A stretch of 32,000 nucleotides of DNA. It comes from Prochlorococcus sp. MIT 0801. Its GTDB lineage: Bacteria > Cyanobacteriota > Cyanobacteriia > PCC-6307 > Cyanobiaceae. Positions within the stretch are counted from its first letter, which is position 1. Each line of letters opens with the position of its first letter. The notes beneath the pieces were generated by a model. It was not told the DNA's origin. It ran no database searches and saw only the letters and a program-made list of their open reading frames with translations. Position numbers and translations under genes: made by a program. This document shows positions 27,855 to 32,000 of this stretch, in pieces. The stretch spans positions 300,001-332,000 of the forward strand of contig NZ_CP007754.1 in the NCBI RefSeq assembly GCF_000757865.1, read 5' to 3'.

Positions 27855-29315
27855 ATGAAAAAGAAAAAGTTGAATCTCACTAAGGAGAAAATTTCTTTCG
27901 GAACAGATGGATGGAGGGGGATATTAGGCGTTGAGTTCACTTTGGAAAGATTGCTTAAAGTTGCAGCAGCAGCAGCTCAAGAGCTTGCTTATGTGAAAGA
28001 GAAAAAAAATAATAAAATAATCATTGGTTATGATCGACGTTTCCTTGCAGAGGAGATGGCTGAGGCGGTCGCATCTGCAGTTAGAGGAGTTGATTTAGTC
28101 CCTTTGTTGGCTTCTTCAGCGTTGCCAACTCCCTCTTGTAGCTGGGGGATAGTTGAAGAAAATGCACTTGGTGCACTAGTGATTACAGCAAGTCATAACC
28201 CATGCGAATGGTTGGGTTTAAAAATTAAAGGACCCTTTGGAGGCTCAGTTGATAGCTCTTTTACCGATTCGGTGCAAAAAAGATTAGATGCTGGGGGGAT
28301 ATCAATCCCAATCGAAGGCGTAACCGAGAGAGTTGATTTTCGAAAACAACATCTTTTGGGGATTAGTCAGAAATTTGACATGCATTTGATTTCTGATGGC
28401 TTGCGGAAATTAGGTGTGAAAATTTTTGTCGATCCAATGCATGGATCTGCGGCGGGCTGCATGTCTGAATTATTTGGAGTTAATTGTGAAGAGCTTATTT
28501 ATGAAATAAGAACTGAAAGAGACCCATGCTTTGGTGGAAATCCTCCAGAACCTATGAAGGCTTATCTATCACAATTAATAAAACAAGTTCAGGATGAATA
28601 CCAGGCAGGACAGTTGTCCATGGGCTTGGTTTTTGATGGGGATGGAGATCGAATTGCTGCAATAGATGAAAAAGGTAGATATTGCAATACACAGTTATTA
28701 ATGCCTGTTTTGATAGATCATTTGGCAAGAGTTGGAAATTTGCCAGGTTGCGTTGTAAAAACTGTAAGTGGGTCGGACTTGATGAGATTGATTGCGGAGG
28801 ATTTGGGGAGAGAAGTGCTCGAAAAGCCAGTTGGGTTTAAATATATTGCTGAAGAAATGCTTTCAAGAGAAGTTTTGATTGGAGGAGAGGAGTCAGGGGG
28901 AGTTGGGTTTGGACATCACTTGCCAGAACGTGATGCTTTGTTTACCGCTTTGCTTTTGATGGAGTCAATAGTTGCTGATGGTAAATGTTTAGGTGAGAAA
29001 ATAGATTCTCTTCATGCTCGTTTTGGTAAGAGTCATTTCGAACGTATTGATTTAACTCTCAAAGACATGGAGATGAGAAGGTCCTTGGAAGATTTTTTGA
29101 AACAGAAAACCCCATCTTCAATTGGTCATAAATCAGTTTTAGAGGTTATTTCAACTGATGGAATCAAACTCATACTTGATAAAAGTCATTGGCTGATGTT
29201 TCGTTTCTCTGGAACAGAGCCTCTTTTAAGAATTTATTGTGAAGCGCCATCCAGTGCAGAAGTTACTTCAACTTTGTATTATGCAAAGCAACTTATAGAT
29301 AATAGTTTTGGATGA
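27855..29315 (+). CDS. alpha-D-phosphohexomutase (phosphoglucomutase/phosphomannomutase family)
   Basis: Active-site 'ITASHNP', Mg-binding 'VFDGDGDRIAAID', sugar loop 'GGEESGG' and phosphate-binding 'FRFSGTEPLLRIY'. Confidence 0.9.
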   Translation: MKKKKLNLTKEKISFGTDGWRGILGVEFTLERLLKVAAAAAQELAYVKEKKNNKIIIGYDRRFLAEEMAEAVASAVRGVDLVPLLASSALPTPSCSWGIVEENALGALVITASHNPCEWLGLKIKGPFGGSVDSSFTDSVQKRLDAGGISIPIEGVTERVDFRKQHLLGISQKFDMHLISDGLRKLGVKIFVDPMHGSAAGCMSELFGVNCEELIYEIRTERDPCFGGNPPEPMKAYLSQLIKQVQDEYQAGQLSMGLVFDGDGDRIAAIDEKGRYCNTQLLMPVLIDHLARVGNLPGCVVKTVSGSDLMRLIAEDLGREVLEKPVGFKYIAEEMLSREVLIGGEESGGVGFGHHLPERDALFTALLLMESIVADGKCLGEKIDSLHARFGKSHFERIDLTLKDMEMRRSLEDFLKQKTPSSIGHKSVLEVISTDGIKLILDKSHWLMFRFSGTEPLLRIYCEAPSSAEVTSTLYYAKQLIDNSFG

Positions 29316-29898
29316 TCTCCCTCTGGTAATTGCTAGTGGCAATAAGGGTAAAATTGGAGAATTTAAAAAACTTTTGGACGATTTTCCATTTGATTTATTG
29401 ACACAACCTGTCGGTTTTGAGATTGAGGAAACAGGAAATACATTTATGGAAAATGCAAGAATAAAGGCCATTGCTGTCAGTCAAGCAACAGGTAATTTGT
29501 CTCTTGCTGACGACTCTGGATTAAGTGTTGAGGCTCTTGGAGGAGCTCCAGGTATTTATTCTTCTAGGTATGCAAGTTCAGATAAGCAAAGAATAGAAAA
29601 ACTATTAGCCGAGTTGAAACCTTTTTCAAATAGAAAAGCTAAATTTGAATGTGCATTATGTATTGCTAGTGGAGAAAAAGTGTTGATAGAAGTTTCAGGC
29701 TTTTGCGAAGGTGTAATAACTTTTTCCCCAAAAGGGAAAAATGGGTTTGGTTATGATCCGATTTTTGAAGTTTCTGGATTAGGTGAAACTTATGCAGAAA
29801 TGGACCACGACAAAAAGAAGCATATTGGTCATAGGGGAAATGCATTTAAATTGCTGATCCCAGAATTGAAAAAACTATTGGGTTCAATAAAAAAGTAG
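29308..29898 (+). CDS. rdgB: dITP/XTP pyrophosphatase (RdgB/HAM1 family)
   Basis: 'VIASGNKGKIGEF', 'ETGNTFMENA', 'LADDSGL', 'FGYDPIF' and 'HRGNA'. TTG start overlapping the upstream stop by 8 nt. Confidence 0.92.
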   Translation: MDDLPLVIASGNKGKIGEFKKLLDDFPFDLLTQPVGFEIEETGNTFMENARIKAIAVSQATGNLSLADDSGLSVEALGGAPGIYSSRYASSDKQRIEKLLAELKPFSNRKAKFECALCIASGEKVLIEVSGFCEGVITFSPKGKNGFGYDPIFEVSGLGETYAEMDHDKKKHIGHRGNAFKLLIPELKKLLGSIKK

Positions 29899-29903
29899 TT
29901 TTT

Positions 29904-29921
29904 GTTTTCTTGAAAACTTTT
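29904..29921 (+). terminator. Weak AT-rich hairpin plus T-run after rdgB (possible terminator)
   Basis: GTTTTC-tt-GAAAAC (29904-29917) followed by TTTT. The stem has only two G:C pairs. Confidence 0.3.
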
Positions 29922-29926
29922 AGTTT

Positions 29927-31420
29927 TTAATTTTCAACCCAGCTTCCGTGTAATCCATGTGGTATTGAAATGGGTACTTCAAGAATAGCTTTTTCAGTCA
30001 GATCTTTAGAATCAAGGATTATTAAATCAGTTCCAGATCTAATACTATTCCAAACCAATGCAACAACCCATCCATCGTCTTCTTCAGATTTTGATTCTTG
30101 AGATGGAATAAATATAGGTTCACTTACAAAACCTCTTGGAGCCGCACTCCAACTTATCTCTTTATTATTAGATAAATCGATTTTTTTTATGGCTTGAAGT
30201 GGCCCATTCCCCTCTTTTTCTTCTGCAGTTGCCATCCAACTAAAGCGGGCCTTTAATCCTTCAAAATGAGGATTAACCATTGCAAATTCACAACATTGAT
30301 TGCTTATTGTTGAGCAGGTAAATGTATTTTCTATGGGATTGATTTCACTTCTTTTCAAAATTCCTTCTGGTAAAAGATCAAAATCAATTTCTCTAAAATT
30401 ATCTTCGGGTCCAATGCTCGGAAAATCATCATAAAAAATACTTTCAATATTGATTTTTTCATTATCTTCCCATGCATTTAGATGATGAAAAACAAAACCC
30501 TTTGGAGCATCAACTGATTTTGGAGGTTGACCAGCAAACTTGCCAGAGTCCCTTGGAATTAATAAAAATTTTGGAGTTCCATCACTTTTAGAGGCTAAAC
30601 ATTGTGCGGCTCCTTTTTGTCCAAGAAGAAAAGGGAGAGGATTAAAACTAATAGCATTTTGCAGAAATATTGCCCAGTTTGGAGTTATGGCAAAATCATG
30701 CAAGAAGGCAAATCCATTAAAAGAATCTTTTCTATCACTTAAAAGAGAACCAATATTTTCTCCCTCTGTGGAAAATTCCATCAATCTTATTGTGCTTTTA
30801 GGACCTGTGGATACCCCAAAAGTGACCATTCTTTGACTTTGATGATGGCCAGGGTCAAATCGTGGATGAGCACTAAATGCTTCACCTTTTTTTAAAACTC
30901 CTTTTAAATTTGATAAACCTTTGGTCTCAAGGGTATTTGGATTAAGTGAATATGGACTAGATGCTTCCCATAAAGCTAGTAGATCATCTCCAAGTTTTAT
31001 GACGTGTGTATTGGCAATATTTTTTAGCCTTATATCAAAAGCATTAGCTAACACTCCTCCTTCTTTTTGAGTTCCAAATACACCTCTATATAGAAATTTT
31101 TGGGATTTTTCTTCTTCTGTCCATTCCTTTGTGCGAACAAAACGATTCGTCAGGTTTATTTTTCCATTGTCAAATTTGAAGGCAGCAATCATGCCATCTC
31201 CATCAAATGGATGATGGACCCATCTTCCCCCTCTTTCTAATCTACCTGGGCCGTTTCGATAAAAGGTACCAGAAATTTTTTCAGGAATAGATCCTTTTAC
31301 AAGCTTGAGTTGAACGTTATCTAATTCTTTTTCAACATTGCAATATGCACTGGACCAATCTTCTTTGTTGAAGATTGTTTGCTTTGGTGATGTTTCTCTT
31401 TTTAAATAACTAACTGCCAT
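29927..31420 (-). CDS. Carotenoid (apocarotenoid) cleavage oxygenase, RPE65/CCO family
   Basis: The four iron-ligand His contexts are present: 'SAHPRFDP', 'LHDFAITPNW', 'FHHLNAWED' and 'PHGLHGSW'. Also 'HPFDGDGMI'. Confidence 0.9.
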   Translation of the reverse strand: MAVSYLKRETSPKQTIFNKEDWSSAYCNVEKELDNVQLKLVKGSIPEKISGTFYRNGPGRLERGGRWVHHPFDGDGMIAAFKFDNGKINLTNRFVRTKEWTEEEKSQKFLYRGVFGTQKEGGVLANAFDIRLKNIANTHVIKLGDDLLALWEASSPYSLNPNTLETKGLSNLKGVLKKGEAFSAHPRFDPGHHQSQRMVTFGVSTGPKSTIRLMEFSTEGENIGSLLSDRKDSFNGFAFLHDFAITPNWAIFLQNAISFNPLPFLLGQKGAAQCLASKSDGTPKFLLIPRDSGKFAGQPPKSVDAPKGFVFHHLNAWEDNEKINIESIFYDDFPSIGPEDNFREIDFDLLPEGILKRSEINPIENTFTCSTISNQCCEFAMVNPHFEGLKARFSWMATAEEKEGNGPLQAIKKIDLSNNKEISWSAAPRGFVSEPIFIPSQESKSEEDDGWVVALVWNSIRSGTDLIILDSKDLTEKAILEVPISIPHGLHGSWVEN

Positions 31421-31508
31421 TATTTTTCTTGAATTGAAACTTGATTTTCGCTTAAAAGTCTGACTTTTGCGAGTTCAAGCTCAAATGATTTATTTAAATA
31501 TGGAGTTT

Positions 31509-32000
31509 TTATTGACCAGCCTGTTCAAGAACTCCTTTACTGCTTGGAATTTGACTTGATCTTCTAGGGTCAATTTCAGTAGCCATCCTAAGGGCTCTTG
31601 CAAACGATTTGAAAGTAGCCTCAATTATGTGGTGAGTATTATTTCCTGCCAGTTGTCTGATGTGGAGAGTTAAACCACCATTACTCACAACAGCACCAAA
31701 AAATTCTTTAACTAACTCCGTATCATAAGTGCCCACTTTTTGAGAAGGAATATCTAAACTAAAACTTAAATGTGGTCGACCGGAGCAATCAACCACAACC
31801 TGAATAAGAGCTTCATCAAGCGGAGCTAAAAAATGACCAAAACGTTTGATTCCAACTCGATCACCTAATGCTTTTGACAAAGCTTGTCCAATAGCAATTC
31901 CAACATCCTCATTGGTGTGATGATCGTCTATGTGAGTATCTCCATTTGCTCTTACTTCAATATCAAATAATCCATGACTAGATAATTGTTGGATCATATG
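31509..32000 (-). CDS. hisB: Imidazoleglycerol-phosphate dehydratase (N-terminus lies beyond the window)
   Basis: '(H)[15 protein letters not shown]', '[17 protein letters not shown]', '[19 protein letters not shown]'. The frame is open through position 32000, so the CDS is 5'-truncated. Confidence 0.93.
   Translation of the reverse strand, partial: HMIQQLSSHGLFDIEVRANGDTHIDDHHTNEDVGIAIGQALSKALGDRVGIKRFGHFLAPLDEALIQVVVDCSGRPHLSFSLDIPSQKVGTYDTELVKEFFGAVVSNGGLTLHIRQLAGNNTHHIIEATFKSFARALRMATEIDPRRSSQIPSSKGVLEQAGQ

Noticed and set aside
31449-31471. Bulged hairpin CGC-tt-AAAAGT-ctg-ACTTTT-GCG between hisB and the carotenoid oxygenase, considered as a terminator or attenuator.
   Set aside because: No T-run follows on the transcribed (-) strand. 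The stem is mostly A:T with a 2-nt bulge. The evidence is insufficient.
1-32000. Search for CRISPR repeats, IS or transposase ends, long direct repeats, prophage, restriction-modification, toxin-antitoxin or other defence cassettes across the whole window.
   Set aside because: I found no periodic repeat-spacer structure. No ORF has transposase, integrase, helicase, methylase or toxin motifs. Every ORF over 60 aa that is not a shadow frame is accounted for by housekeeping or conserved hypothetical genes.

Overview
This window is dense, AT-rich core genome. By my tally about 2.5 kb of 32 kb is non-genic, so roughly 92% is genic. It looks like a high-light-adapted Prochlorococcus-type marine picocyanobacterium. 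That is an inference from the PSII small subunits psbH/psbI/psbK, an amt1 gene with an NtcA box, very low GC, and many overlapping gene ends.

I support 33 CDS (both edge genes truncated), 2 tRNAs, one clear intrinsic terminator, one NtcA-type regulatory site and one very long perfect palindrome. The CDS are mostly housekeeping:
- pth, tatA, leuCD, cinA, glyA, murJ, sfsA
- amt1, ispH, purH, cobS, tgt
- pyrE, ygfZ-like, a phosphohexomutase, rdgB, hisB
- a carotenoid oxygenase, an orphan histidine kinase, and a Cas4/RecB-like nuclease fusion

I see no transposase, integrase, CRISPR array, prophage, toxin-antitoxin pair or recognisable defence cassette. I found no convincing evidence for a novel multi-gene system.

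The items most worth a second look are:
1. A 50-nt perfect palindrome in the sfsA-amt1 spacer.
2. The unusually long psbH-psbI spacer. I cannot find psbN there, but it holds an SD-preceded micro-ORF and an orphan terminator-like hairpin.
3. A conserved-looking cobS N-terminus that has no canonical start codon.
4. The uncharacterised Cas4-like/HhH/DEDD-like nuclease fusion.
5. The strong GC excess of amt1.

All functional calls come from motif recognition by eye. No database search was run.
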